From: a virus
Lineage: Duplodnaviria; Caudoviricetes
Reading direction: 5' to 3' (one strand)
IMG/VR virus record: IMGVR_UViG_3300025141_015004
Location: 1-60,922 of that record
Length of the DNA stretch: 60,922 bases
This document shows positions 8,132 to 18,126 of the stretch, in pieces. The notes under the pieces were generated by a model that saw nothing but the letters and a program-made list of their open reading frames with translations, made no database searches and was not told where the DNA came from. Each line of letters begins with the position of its first letter. Position 1 is the stretch's first letter. Both the position numbers and the translations under genes were made by a program.

Positions 8132-8141
8132 AACTATTTAT
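8132..8141 (+). promoter_or_regulatory. Putative late promoter AACTATTTAT
   Basis: Recurrent motif 20 nt upstream of 8162. Confidence 0.55.
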
Positions 8142-8161
8142 AATAAACGGGGGATGATTGT

Positions 8162-8482
8162 ATGTCTTTTTCTAAACCAAAATCAAAATATAGCAACACA
8201 ATCAAGCCCGAGAAGGAACGAGCTTGGATGAAAGCAATAGAGCTGATCAGTTCTCATAACCCATGGATTGATCCGGAAGACTTAAATAATTTAGGAGAAC
8301 CTATTAATATGTCAGAAGAAGAGTTATATTATATTGCTTCTATTATATCCGAATTAAAAACTTTAAAACAACAAAGAGCATTAATTGATGTTATTCATAT
8401 AAAATGCGATGAAGATACCGTAACAAGATTTATGTCTTATTTTTCTTCCAAAAATTTAAAGAAAATAATGCTAAATTGTTGA
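8162..8482 (+). CDS. Hypothetical protein
   Basis: ORF with GGGGA RBS, fits gene packing. Confidence 0.65.
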   Translation: MSFSKPKSKYSNTIKPEKERAWMKAIELISSHNPWIDPEDLNNLGEPINMSEEELYYIASIISELKTLKQQRALIDVIHIKCDEDTVTRFMSYFSSKNLKKIMLNC

Positions 8483-8494
8483 GGAATTATAAAA

Positions 8495-9553
8495 ATGTCT
8501 GAATTTGAAAAAGATTGGAAATATTGGAAAGAAAATATTTCTACCCTACAAGAAGACGAAATTGAAGAAGAAAGAGACCCTCTTCCCAAATCTCCTTTTC
8601 AAAAGAACTTATTTAAAACACAACCAAAAGCCAAAAAAGAATTAATTGGACAAGGTGGTAGTAAATATAAAGGCGGCCCTTATAAACTCAAAGTTTCCTA
8701 TAAGCGCTCTAAATCTGCCCCTCCAATTGGAGAATCAAAAACTAGAAAGCTTCTTAAAGAGGTTCAGATGATGTATGATCTTTCTGATTTAAATGTCAAA
8801 GATCATTTGAATTTTAATATTTGGAATGAGACCGGAGAACATATTCACGCCGAGATCGGAAATAAATTGATCGAAGTTGCCAAAGATTTTTTTGCTTCCC
8901 TTAAATTCCCCAGAGATACAGAACTAATTGATATTAAATTTACCGGTTCTTTAGCAAATTATAATTGGACTGAATCTTCCGATATTGATCTACATCTTGT
9001 TGTTGATCTAAATAAGATTTCAAGAGATCGTGGAATGATTAGAGATTATGTAAATTCAAAAAAATCTCTGTGGAATGAAAGACACGATGTCAAGATGAAG
9101 GGATATGAGGTCGAGGTTTATGTCGAGAATATAAATGAACAGCACTACTCTACCGGTGTTTATTCTTTAACAAACAACGAATGGATTGTTAAACCAAATT
9201 CAAAGAAGCCCGTTGTTGATGATACTCAAATCTTAACAAAAATTAATTCTTTTCAAACTAAAATCGACAAGCTTAAAGATACTTTTAACCGGGGAGAATT
9301 TGAAACTGCTTATTTACAATCAGAAGATTTGTTGGATAAACTCAAAAGAATGAGAATTTCTGGTCTAGTAAAAGGTGGAGAATTTTCTGTTGAAAATCTC
9401 ACTTATAAAGCTTTGCGAAAAGTTGGCGTTATCGATGAGATATTTGATATGAAATATGATTCTTATGACGAGAAAATGTCTGTGGGTATCGGCAAAGAGA
9501 GGTATGGTACCAATCCGGTAAAGCAGGGACAGATTAGCGGAACCAATTTATGA
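8495..9553 (+). CDS. Pol-beta superfamily nucleotidyltransferase
   Basis: hGS-x9-DIDLH (FTGSLANYNWTESSDIDLH) plus third acid in YEVEVY; charged N-terminal extension ending KLLKE. Confidence 0.8.
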   Translation: MSEFEKDWKYWKENISTLQEDEIEEERDPLPKSPFQKNLFKTQPKAKKELIGQGGSKYKGGPYKLKVSYKRSKSAPPIGESKTRKLLKEVQMMYDLSDLNVKDHLNFNIWNETGEHIHAEIGNKLIEVAKDFFASLKFPRDTELIDIKFTGSLANYNWTESSDIDLHLVVDLNKISRDRGMIRDYVNSKKSLWNERHDVKMKGYEVEVYVENINEQHYSTGVYSLTNNEWIVKPNSKKPVVDDTQILTKINSFQTKIDKLKDTFNRGEFETAYLQSEDLLDKLKRMRISGLVKGGEFSVENLTYKALRKVGVIDEIFDMKYDSYDEKMSVGIGKERYGTNPVKQGQISGTNL

Positions 9554-9562
9554 GAGAGGGTT

Positions 9563-9874
9563 ATGATTTTTAATGAGAAGGTATTTAGATTCTTTATTTT
9601 CTCGACAATGTTATTTAATGTCATCGATATTGTTGTAACAGTGAATGTTATAAAATACGGCAGATTCGATGAAAATAATCCATTTATGAAGATGTTTTTG
9701 AACATGGATGGTGTGATGCCTTTCATCCTTATGAAAACGCTATTGATTTGTGGTGGATTGTATTTGATTTATAAAAAAAGAGATAAAATTATCGCTCAAT
9801 TGGGCGCTTATCTCTGTTTTTGCTTCTATTGGGCATTAATTGTTCAATTTTACTATTTTTTGTGGTGTAAATAA
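9563..9874 (+). CDS. DUF5658-like three-TM membrane protein
   Basis: NVIDIVVT..G..ENNPFM..K pattern and three hydrophobic helices. Confidence 0.65.
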   Translation: MIFNEKVFRFFIFSTMLFNVIDIVVTVNVIKYGRFDENNPFMKMFLNMDGVMPFILMKTLLICGGLYLIYKKRDKIIAQLGAYLCFCFYWALIVQFYYFLWCK

Positions 9875-9882
9875 CTATTTAT
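9873..9882 (+). promoter_or_regulatory. Putative late promoter AACTATTTAT
   Basis: Recurrent motif upstream of 9906. Confidence 0.55.
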
Positions 9883-9905
9883 AGTATTATTTAAGAGGGT
9901 TTGCA

Positions 9906-10541
9906 ATGAGTTCATTTAGTTCATATGAAAAAGATAAAGAAAGATTTGATGGCTGGCGTCGGTATTTGCTGAAAGAGGAAACAGATTTGGATACGGCGGC
10001 GGCAAACGTTTCAAGCGGAAAATATTCCAAAGAAGACCTGAATATTGTTCTATCGCTCTTTAAGAAGCTTGAAGGATCAGATCAAAAGCCAACAGTGGGA
10101 GGTTTCAAAGCTCTAATAAGAATTATAGCAATTGATATGCAAACTGGGGGAGGATTTATGAAGAAACTGGCTGAAATTGGTGCAAGCGAAGCTGCCGGGG
10201 CTGCTGTCGGATCATGGTTTGGACCGGTACTAGCATTGGGAAAAATCGGTGCTGGAGTAGCAAAGAAATCAAAGCTTAAAAAACTTGATTTGGAAACTGT
10301 TTTATCCAAATTGATTATGATGCCAGATGAGGCTGAAACGCCGGCGATGATGCAGGTGCTAGATTTGAGTGATGGATTTTCAGACAATCTAAACCAAGAA
10401 GCGCTAAATTATTTCTTAAATGACTTGCATGATGCAATTGAAGGCTTTCCGGATGAGACGGTAATCCCAGCGGGATATTCTGATCAGGAAATGGCAAAAT
10501 CACTAGAGAAAAGAAAATTGATTGTGAAAAAGGTTGGATAA
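9906..10541 (+). CDS. Hypothetical protein with WRRYLLKEE leader
   Basis: GAGGG RBS; Gly/Ala-rich central helix. Confidence 0.7.
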   Translation: MSSFSSYEKDKERFDGWRRYLLKEETDLDTAAANVSSGKYSKEDLNIVLSLFKKLEGSDQKPTVGGFKALIRIIAIDMQTGGGFMKKLAEIGASEAAGAAVGSWFGPVLALGKIGAGVAKKSKLKKLDLETVLSKLIMMPDEAETPAMMQVLDLSDGFSDNLNQEALNYFLNDLHDAIEGFPDETVIPAGYSDQEMAKSLEKRKLIVKKVG

Positions 10542-10555
10542 CTAGGGACTAATCA

Positions 10556-11449
10556 ATGAAAATAACAAATAATACTAGTAGAGACATGTCAGTTCTCACA
10601 AAAACTTTGGAATCATTTATTCCATATGCTCAAAAACGATTGGAATATGACAAACCCTTTCAAATTGTTTTTGAATCAGATGAAGAGAATGCAAAAAATA
10701 TCTTTGGGAAAACTGCATATTATGATCCAGCAACTATGAATGTTCATATTTATTCGGATGGAAGACACGACAAAGATATGTTGCGTTCCATTTCTCACGA
10801 AATGGTTCATCACGCTCAAAATTGTCGAGGAGATTTTGAAGGAGCTTTTGAAATGGGGGAAGGTTATGCGCAAAAAAGCCCTCATTTAAGGAATATGGAA
10901 GCTGAAGCCTATTTATTAGGCAATGGTTTTTTGGTTAGAGATTTTGAAGATCACATAAAAATGGGAGATAATATCGTGAACGAATGGAAAAAAGAAAAGA
11001 AAAAGAAGAAAAAAGTTTTAAATGAAAAAGTAAGCATCAGTGTAATCCCGAAGCTTATTCAGAGACTAATGAAAAAAGATCCTGCGGCCGCTGAACTTTT
11101 GAAACAAGCAGCAGAGTTAGCGCCTGCACAGCTTGGAGTGGCCATGGCAGAGGTGAATGCAGAACTATTAGGAGTCACGCCGGAAAAATTTGTGAAGGCC
11201 GCCGGGGGGGCAAAATCGGCTTTACAGAAAAAAGAGAAATTAAAGGCTAAAAAGCAAGCGGAGGCGCCAGTTGCAGCACCGGCAGAACCTATTAAGGAAA
11301 AAAGTCAAGAACTTGATGTGGATGCAGAGGCCGCGGTGGTAGTTGAAATTGAAGGCGATGAAACTGTTAAAGATCACTATAGAACGAAAAATGAAAAACT
11401 TTATGAGGAACTCATGAAAAGATTTATTAAAAAACAGGGAGATAAATAA
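10556..11449 (+). CDS. HEXXH zinc metallopeptidase-like protein with charged C-terminal extension
   Basis: RSISHEMVHHAQ ... MEAEAY. Confidence 0.75.
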   Translation: MKITNNTSRDMSVLTKTLESFIPYAQKRLEYDKPFQIVFESDEENAKNIFGKTAYYDPATMNVHIYSDGRHDKDMLRSISHEMVHHAQNCRGDFEGAFEMGEGYAQKSPHLRNMEAEAYLLGNGFLVRDFEDHIKMGDNIVNEWKKEKKKKKKVLNEKVSISVIPKLIQRLMKKDPAAAELLKQAAELAPAQLGVAMAEVNAELLGVTPEKFVKAAGGAKSALQKKEKLKAKKQAEAPVAAPAEPIKEKSQELDVDAEAAVVVEIEGDETVKDHYRTKNEKLYEELMKRFIKKQGDK

Positions 11450-11450
11450 A

Positions 11451-11660
11451 ATGGGAAAATCATGGAAAAGGCTTGTTCGTAAAAAAAGAATAGAAGCAGC
11501 AAAGTTAATAACAGAGGAGACTGCAACGGCCGTGAAGACCGAAAAGCCTGTGCCGGCGCCGGTTGTTGAGGAAAAGAAAGTTGAAAATCTTAAAGAGATA
11601 AAAAGTTCTCTCAAAAACTATAGAAGAAAGAAAAAGTCAACCGTAAAAAAAGGTAAATAA
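11451..11660 (+). CDS. Small basic hypothetical protein
   Basis: GGAG RBS; operon packing. Confidence 0.6.
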   Translation: MGKSWKRLVRKKRIEAAKLITEETATAVKTEKPVPAPVVEEKKVENLKEIKSSLKNYRRKKKSTVKKGK

Positions 11661-11663
11661 ATA

Positions 11664-11915
11664 ATGCCCGATTTTAATGAAATAACTCGTAAATTTCTTT
11701 TGGGAGAAAGTAAAGAAGATTATAGTGTCCAATTTCATATTCGCGCTATTTCTGAAGCGCTTAAATCTGTTGAGCCCAAAAGCCAAAAACAACAAAGAAA
11801 ATTGTATGAGGCATTAGAGCATCTTCGACAGGTTAAAAGAAAAAATCGACTTTTGGAAGAGAAATTTAAAATATTGGAAGAAGAAAACAACGTTCTCAAA
11901 GAAGGTGAAAAATAA
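11664..11915 (+). CDS. Small coiled-coil hypothetical protein
   Basis: AGG RBS; TAATG coupling to next gene. Confidence 0.7.
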   Translation: MPDFNEITRKFLLGESKEDYSVQFHIRAISEALKSVEPKSQKQQRKLYEALEHLRQVKRKNRLLEEKFKILEEENNVLKEGEK

Positions 11916-14707
11916 TGTCTAAGCTTTTGAAAGAAGGTGGTTTAGGGGGTCATATGAACCATTTGTATGAAAATCCCTATCTAACCTTCGCTCAACTCAA
12001 GGACGTGCTTACAAAGGCTTCGGAGGGGCACTTGGAGGGTACGGAGAAGACTGATGGCCAGAACCTGTTCATTTCTTACTCGGTAAAGGACGGAAAAGCA
12101 AAAGCGGCTAGAGGTAAAGGTAATATTAAAGATGGCGGATTGAATGCTAAAGGGTTGGCAAAGAAATTTGGCGGGAGAGGTTCATTAGAAGTTGCTTTTA
12201 CCGAAGCATTTAAGGCTTTTGAAGAGGCTATTAGGGTTCTAACAGATGAGGAACAAATTGAGATCTTCGGAAAAGATGCTAATATATTTTATAGTGCTGA
12301 AGTTCAGGATCCTAGGAACCCCAATGTTATCAATTATGATTTTAAAACCCTGAATATTCATCGCGTTGATCACGCCATGTACAATAAAGAAACCGGAGAA
12401 GTTGAAGACGTTGATACGACAGAGAATGCTTTAAAGCTTGAAGATGCTTTGGAAAAACTGAAAGATCGATGGGAAAACGATGATTTTCGTGTTCAAATGA
12501 ATGCGATAAGAAGATTGGAAGCTCTTAGCACAGATGATGCATTATCTGTTGCATTATCTAATTTGAAAAGCGTTATTAGTTCTGCCGGGATTTCAGACGA
12601 TCAAACAATCGGCGATTATTTAACTGCTAAAATTGTTCCAATGATTAAAGAAGATTTTCCCTCTACTCCGGAAGATAGAATGGAATTGCTTATGAATAGG
12701 CTTTTCCTAGGAACTGATATAAAAGTAAAAGAAATCCAAGCTGGATTGGATAAAGAACAAAAAAAAGCAATATCAGCAGCGGTCAAAAAATTAGGTGTTT
12801 ATTTTAAAGAAGTAATTACTCCCATAGAAAATATTATTCACGATTTCGCTGTCGAGATACTGAAATCATTCCACAGTACATTCGTTCTTGATAACAATAA
12901 AGAAGTTAAAAGACTTCAAAAAGAAGTTGCGGCGGCGATCAAAGGAATTGAAGCATCTGGTAGAGAAGATGCGATGGAGATTCTAACCAAACAACTCTCA
13001 AAGCTAAAAAAAGCCGAAAATGTTTCCAGCGCTTCGGAAGGCTTTGTATTTGACTATGATGGAAAGACATACAAGTTTACAGGAAACTTTGCTCCTGCAA
13101 ATCAACTTCTGGGATTATTCAAGTATGGAAGAGGCAAGATTCCTGCTTTGTCTAAACTGAATGAGGAAGTTGATATTGGGAAACAACTTATTCTTCTACC
13201 CGGAGGATTCAAGCCCCCGACCAAAGCTCATTACCAAATGATCAAATATTATGATGATCATCCTGAAGTTGGAAAAGTTCTTGTTCTCATCGGACCTTCT
13301 CCCAGAGGGAATTATGATAGAGAAACCTCTATGAAGATTTTTGATCTCTATGGAGCAGGCAGTCTTGATAAAGTAGAGATTGTGCAAACTGAATATAACT
13401 CTCCTATTCGAGCCGCATATGAGTTTTTGATTAGCGACCCAAGAAGAGAAGATTATAGACAGTTTTCTTTTGGAATGGGGGCTTCTGATAAAGACGGAGA
13501 CGAAGCTAGGTCAAGGCAATTTGTAGAGTATTTTACAGAGAAAAGCCCTGATAAGCTTCCAGAAGGCTTTGATGTTGTTTTACCTCCTTGTTGCCCTGCG
13601 ATTGGGGGAGACGAGCCAATAAGTGCTACAAATCTTCGCAAAGCTCTGGATGAGGAAGATTTAGACACAGTTGAAAGACTTATTCCTGACCATGTTGATC
13701 CTGCGGAACTAGTTAGTATTGTAAAGGGGCTAGAAGAAGTATCTTCAATGGCGGGAGGAAATGTCGCCATTGGCTCCGGAAGCAGACTCTTTAAGAGAGA
13801 TGATGATGAAGAGCGAGAAGAGCAAAAAATTCGTGAACTTGTTAGAAGAGGTTTAAATATTATTATGGAAGAAAAAAACAGAGAACAAAAACTGAGAACT
13901 ATAGTTCGAAAACTCATAAGTGAAAAGATGGGCAATAAGATTCTTCAAGAGCAAGAAGAAGATATGGCTGCCGGTAATCACTCTACAGCTATCAATTATC
14001 TTGAGAAAGTTCTCAAATCAATTATTCCCGGAAAGAGTGGCGGTTCTCAACTAGAGCCTGAATATGTTTCTCTTTCTAGGCCCGAGCAGAGAAAATCTTT
14101 TATAAAACATGTTATTCAGGGATTATATGATGAGTTGGCTCCCGGGATGTCATTAACTGGCCTTTTATCTCGTTTTGAGAAAAGGCGAGAACAATTTAAG
14201 GCCAAAGAAGCAGAGGCTTTAATGGAAGCTGAAGAGATTACAATAAAACTTGATGATGATGGGCTCCCGGGAGTTGAAGCTCCCGAAGAGGAGAAAGAGG
14301 AACCAACAGATGATTTCCCAGAAGAAAAGAAAATATCGGGAGAGAATTCCATTGGGAGAAAAGCTGCTTATAGATTTATAAAAGGTCAAATTGATAATAT
14401 TCAAGGAGCTTTAAATGATCTGGAAGAAACTCCGGAAGAAAAGGCATCTCGAGAGTCGTCCGATCCAGAATCTGATGATCCCCAAGAAGAATATTTAGAC
14501 TTTCTTTTCACAAATCTCATGCTTCATGCCTATAGGCTAGAGAATAAACACTTCGATTCAACTGATCAAGGTTCTGAAGATTTCTTTAAAAATATCGTCG
14601 ATAAGGCGGATCAAGAAAGAGAAGGCGAAGGAGAAGGAGAAGAGCTTGAAGCCGATCTTGAAATAGAAACCGAGCCGGAACCAGAGGAAACTGAATTAAC
14701 TCTTTGA
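11915..14707 (+). CDS. Multidomain protein: ATP-dependent ligase-like (DUF6267-like) + HIGH-family nucleotidyltransferase + acidic C-terminal domain
   Basis: EKTDG (motif I KxDG), EGFVF (motif IV), YKFTG (motif V); PGGFKPPTKAH and ISATNLR (HIGH/KMSKS equivalents). Confidence 0.75.
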   Translation: MSKLLKEGGLGGHMNHLYENPYLTFAQLKDVLTKASEGHLEGTEKTDGQNLFISYSVKDGKAKAARGKGNIKDGGLNAKGLAKKFGGRGSLEVAFTEAFKAFEEAIRVLTDEEQIEIFGKDANIFYSAEVQDPRNPNVINYDFKTLNIHRVDHAMYNKETGEVEDVDTTENALKLEDALEKLKDRWENDDFRVQMNAIRRLEALSTDDALSVALSNLKSVISSAGISDDQTIGDYLTAKIVPMIKEDFPSTPEDRMELLMNRLFLGTDIKVKEIQAGLDKEQKKAISAAVKKLGVYFKEVITPIENIIHDFAVEILKSFHSTFVLDNNKEVKRLQKEVAAAIKGIEASGREDAMEILTKQLSKLKKAENVSSASEGFVFDYDGKTYKFTGNFAPANQLLGLFKYGRGKIPALSKLNEEVDIGKQLILLPGGFKPPTKAHYQMIKYYDDHPEVGKVLVLIGPSPRGNYDRETSMKIFDLYGAGSLDKVEIVQTEYNSPIRAAYEFLISDPRREDYRQFSFGMGASDKDGDEARSRQFVEYFTEKSPDKLPEGFDVVLPPCCPAIGGDEPISATNLRKALDEEDLDTVERLIPDHVDPAELVSIVKGLEEVSSMAGGNVAIGSGSRLFKRDDDEEREEQKIRELVRRGLNIIMEEKNREQKLRTIVRKLISEKMGNKILQEQEEDMAAGNHSTAINYLEKVLKSIIPGKSGGSQLEPEYVSLSRPEQRKSFIKHVIQGLYDELAPGMSLTGLLSRFEKRREQFKAKEAEALMEAEEITIKLDDDGLPGVEAPEEEKEEPTDDFPEEKKISGENSIGRKAAYRFIKGQIDNIQGALNDLEETPEEKASRESSDPESDDPQEEYLDFLFTNLMLHAYRLENKHFDSTDQGSEDFFKNIVDKADQEREGEGEGEELEADLEIETEPEPEETELTL

Positions 14708-15004
14708 GTTTTTAGCTTCTTTTTTGACTTTAGCTTTCTTTTCTTCTTTTTTCTTGCGAAGCTTGATCAAAACTACCTGTTCTTTTTTGTGGCTGGCCAG
14801 CTTATTCATTAGCTTCGTAACATCTGTTAAAAACTCACAAGACAAAATATTTTTATCTTTTTTTGCAAGGCTTTCCTCTATTGCGCTTTTGATTTCATCT
14901 GAATTATAATAAAGCATGGGTTCTGCATTTACATGTCTTTTTGGAATCCATGCCCTTACTTCAGCTTTATTGTCTTCTAGTTTTAAAATTTCAATATTTA
15001 ACAT
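14696..15004 (-). CDS. Hypothetical protein
   Basis: ATG 15004 with AGAGGA RBS right after upstream stop. Confidence 0.6.
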   Translation of the reverse strand: MLNIEILKLEDNKAEVRAWIPKRHVNAEPMLYYNSDEIKSAIEESLAKKDKNILSCEFLTDVTKLMNKLASHKKEQVVLIKLRKKKEEKKAKVKKEAKNSKS

Positions 15005-15005
15005 T

Positions 15006-15707
15006 TCATTTTTCCTCTTCTGATTCAATCAGTTTTTTAATTTTTGAGTAAACTGCTGGACATAACCTTTTTATTAAATCTCTGTCATAGAGAAAATAAT
15101 CGGTAAATGCGGACGCATAATATTCTCTTATTGATGTTGCGGCATACGGACTCGAAAAACACCCATGTATATATCCAGATAAAGTATTATACCCTATTTC
15201 GTCGTATAAATAAAAATCAAAATCTTCATCGTAGTTAATTTTTAAAAAATCTTGGATCTCAACTGGGTGGCCTTTTTGTTTTATAATATGATAAAGTTTT
15301 TTTCTTCTTGCTAGAAATTCGTCTTCTACTTTATTATCTCCATATATTTCATCCGTAAATTGAGCTTCCGTAGAGTGTGCAAGTTCATGAATAATATCGT
15401 CTAACATATCTAAATTATTATCTTGCTGGTTTGTTATATAAATTGCCCCATCTTTAAAAACAGCATTAATTTCTCTTTCATCAAATTCCGGAAGATGCGC
15501 AACATAGATTCCATCAACTCCGTAAAACAGTCCTTTTGGCACTGTTTTGTTTATCATGTTTATGATTTTTCCAACATTAGTTTTTTCCGGATCTAAATCA
15601 TCAACGATAAAAAATGGGATATTTCCATGTACATAATATTCCCTCATTTGATGTCCTAGGAAATTATTGTGTCTTTCTTTCAAAACATTCCTGAGTGTCA
15701 TTTTCAC
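15006..15707 (-). CDS. HEXXH zincin-like protein
   Basis: IIHELAH and YA..SIREYYASAF motifs. Confidence 0.7.
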   Translation of the reverse strand: MKMTLRNVLKERHNNFLGHQMREYYVHGNIPFFIVDDLDPEKTNVGKIINMINKTVPKGLFYGVDGIYVAHLPEFDEREINAVFKDGAIYITNQQDNNLDMLDDIIHELAHSTEAQFTDEIYGDNKVEDEFLARRKKLYHIIKQKGHPVEIQDFLKINYDEDFDFYLYDEIGYNTLSGYIHGCFSSPYAATSIREYYASAFTDYFLYDRDLIKRLCPAVYSKIKKLIESEEEK

Positions 15708-15960
15708 CTAAATCCTTAAAAAATTCAATATCTGTAATTGCTTGATCATATCCTCTTAAAAAGTTTTCTTCTGCAACAGAAAGAACAAATTCAGGAAATT
15801 CTTCAGCCATTACTTCCACTATCATTTCAACTGTTACTTCTTCGTCATCTTTTAATTTTTTATGTTCCCCGACAAAGTTAACTAAATATTGTTTGAGTTC
15901 CGTGTCTGTGTCAAATCGCCTTCTTTCTTCGAGAACATCTTTATATCTAATTGATTTCAT
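15664..15960 (-). CDS. Hypothetical protein
   Basis: AAGG RBS; operon packing. Confidence 0.7.
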   Translation of the reverse strand: MKSIRYKDVLEERRRFDTDTELKQYLVNFVGEHKKLKDDEEVTVEMIVEVMAEEFPEFVLSVAEENFLRGYDQAITDIEFFKDLGENDTQECFERKTQ

Positions 15961-15987
15961 TTTTTTACCTTTTGAATATATTATACA

Positions 15988-16515
15988 TTAAATGTTAAAC
16001 TTTTTTAATGCATCAATTGTATTATTGTGAATTTTTGCTTTAACTTCTATTTTTTCTCCGGTATGATCAGAAAATTTGTTCGAAATTAATACCCCGTCTT
16101 TTTTGTTGATTGCGCGGTAAACCTCGTCTATATCGATCCAGCCACATGCGTCATGCTCTGGATTTAAAGTACAAGGGAATTCGCTGGCGGATCCCATTAA
16201 AAATGTTGTGAATATTTCATCACCATGGTGTTCTTCATGCATATTTTCGTAATCTTTTCCGGAAAAATCATGACTGGCGCCAATTTCTTCCTTTGTTTCT
16301 CGGACTGCTGTTTGAAAAGCATCCTCTCCCTCTTCCGCTCCTCCGAATGGGCCAGTAAGCTCTCCTACATAATCTTCCTGTGCCGGGGCGCGTCTGATTA
16401 AAAGTATACTATCTTTATTTGGACAATAAATAATAAATCCGGCAGCAGCATTTTTTGATTCTTTTTTTTCTTCTCGTAGGTAACTTTTCCAATTATCTAA
16501 AACTTTATCAGTCAT
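15988..16515 (-). CDS. NUDIX hydrolase
   Basis: Nudix box GGAEEGEDAFQTAVRETKEEIG; N-terminal WKSYLREE leader. Confidence 0.9.
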   Translation of the reverse strand: MTDKVLDNWKSYLREEKKESKNAAAGFIIYCPNKDSILLIRRAPAQEDYVGELTGPFGGAEEGEDAFQTAVRETKEEIGASHDFSGKDYENMHEEHHGDEIFTTFLMGSASEFPCTLNPEHDACGWIDIDEVYRAINKKDGVLISNKFSDHTGEKIEVKAKIHNNTIDALKKFNI

Positions 16516-16516
16516 T

Positions 16517-16711
16517 TTATTTCCCTTTGGTTTTTTCGATGTTTGGCGGAGACAATTTATCTTTTCTAAAAACTGACAAAGATTTGACTAGCATTGTATA
16601 GACTTCTCTCGCATGCTCGGGATCCATTCCATCAGCCATTTCAGAATAATTACCCCAAGCTTCCATGATCGTCAATTTATTTTCCTTAAAAGATGTACAA
16701 ATTAAACACAT
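16517..16711 (-). CDS. Small CxxC hypothetical protein
   Basis: MCLIC start; AGGGGG RBS. Confidence 0.65.
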   Translation of the reverse strand: MCLICTSFKENKLTIMEAWGNYSEMADGMDPEHAREVYTMLVKSLSVFRKDKLSPPNIEKTKGK

Positions 16712-16736
16712 GTTTTTTCCCCCTTATTATAGTATT

Positions 16737-16744
16737 ATAAATAG
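16737..16744 (-). promoter_or_regulatory. Putative late promoter CTATTTAT
   Basis: Minus-strand copy upstream of 16711. Confidence 0.5.
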
Positions 16745-16780
16745 AATTCTCTTTTTAATTAAGACCTATTCTGTTTTTCG

Positions 16781-18091
16781 TTATAAAATCCTTGCAGCCA
16801 ATGTTGCCGTTTTTGATCTCTCGCCTTTAATTAGCGTCACATGACCTGCAATCTCGTGTTCTTTAAATTTCTCAACGGCGTAAGTTAGCCCATTTGAGGT
16901 TTCATCAATATACACATTATCAATCTGTTCAATGTCGCCGGTCAATACAATCTTGGTGTTTTCACCCACGCGCGTTATAATGGTCTTTAATTCGTGTCTG
17001 GAGAGGTTTTGCGCTTCATCTACAATAATGTAAGCATTTGAGATTGAACGGCCTCTAATATACGTTAACGCTTCAATTTCGATGGTTCCATTGGTCATAT
17101 ATTCCTCCATCATCATTTTGTCATTGCCCATGAGGTATTGAAGGTTATCACGGATTGGAGCCAACCAAGGTCGCATCTTTTCTTCCATTGACCCCGGAAG
17201 ATATCCAATGTCTCTTCCCATCGGTTGAACCGGCCGGGAGACAATTAATCTGCTATACATCTTGCCTTCCAAAACTTGTTGAATTCCTGCCGAAATAGCC
17301 GCAAGTGTTTTTCCAGAGCCGGCTTTTCCAATCAAAGTCACAATCGGAACGAACTCATCTAATAGGAGGTCCATAGCGAAGCTCTGCTCTTTGTTACGGG
17401 GCGTTATGACCCATTCCCAACCTTGGCCATCGAATACTCTATAAAGTGCCTTAGAATAGCCTTTAAAGCGCGATAAAGCAGTCTTCTTTTCGTTGGCGTT
17501 GGACACCATCATAACATATTGGTTCGGGAAGAGTTTTATGTCTTCTTTTTCGACAAAAACGTCCTTCCCGTCGTAAAACTGATCAATCACTTGGTCATCT
17601 ACGAGATATTTTGTGAATCCTGTGTATAGGTCATTTGTGCTTCCAACAACTTGGCCGGCCAAATAACCTTCTGCGGGAATCCCCAGAGCATCACATTTTA
17701 CTCTCATATTGATGTCCCGAGAGACAACAATAACTTTTCTCTTTGGATTTATCTTCTTTTCGGTTATAGCAACCCCAATAATCTGATTATCTGGGTTCTT
17801 TTTATCAAAACTCTCTGGAAGATCAGCAGGGTCATAAGGTTTGCATGAAATAATCCCTTTTCCCTTTCCAATTCGGACTCCTTTATAGAGGCTTCCTTTT
17901 TCTCTTAATTCGTCAAAGATCCTAATGATTGATCTTGCTTGCGCTCCAACTCCATCTTGTCGTGTTTTATGTTTGTCGATTTCTTCTAACACCTTAAGAG
18001 GAACAACTATATCATTATTTTCAAAGGAACGAATTGCATTAGCATCTGTTAGATATACGCTCGTGTCTAGAACATAAGTTTTTTTGGCCAT
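16781..18091 (-). CDS. phoH: PIN domain-PhoH ATPase fusion (PhoH2/YlaK-like)
   Basis: YVLDTSV PIN start; GKAGSGKT; DIGYLPG; YIRGRS; DEAQN; GDIEQID. Confidence 0.95.
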   Translation of the reverse strand: MAKKTYVLDTSVYLTDANAIRSFENNDIVVPLKVLEEIDKHKTRQDGVGAQARSIIRIFDELREKGSLYKGVRIGKGKGIISCKPYDPADLPESFDKKNPDNQIIGVAITEKKINPKRKVIVVSRDINMRVKCDALGIPAEGYLAGQVVGSTNDLYTGFTKYLVDDQVIDQFYDGKDVFVEKEDIKLFPNQYVMMVSNANEKKTALSRFKGYSKALYRVFDGQGWEWVITPRNKEQSFAMDLLLDEFVPIVTLIGKAGSGKTLAAISAGIQQVLEGKMYSRLIVSRPVQPMGRDIGYLPGSMEEKMRPWLAPIRDNLQYLMGNDKMMMEEYMTNGTIEIEALTYIRGRSISNAYIIVDEAQNLSRHELKTIITRVGENTKIVLTGDIEQIDNVYIDETSNGLTYAVEKFKEHEIAGHVTLIKGERSKTATLAARIL

Positions 18092-18126
18092 GATAATTTC
18101 CTGTAATAAAAACCACTTTTATATAA

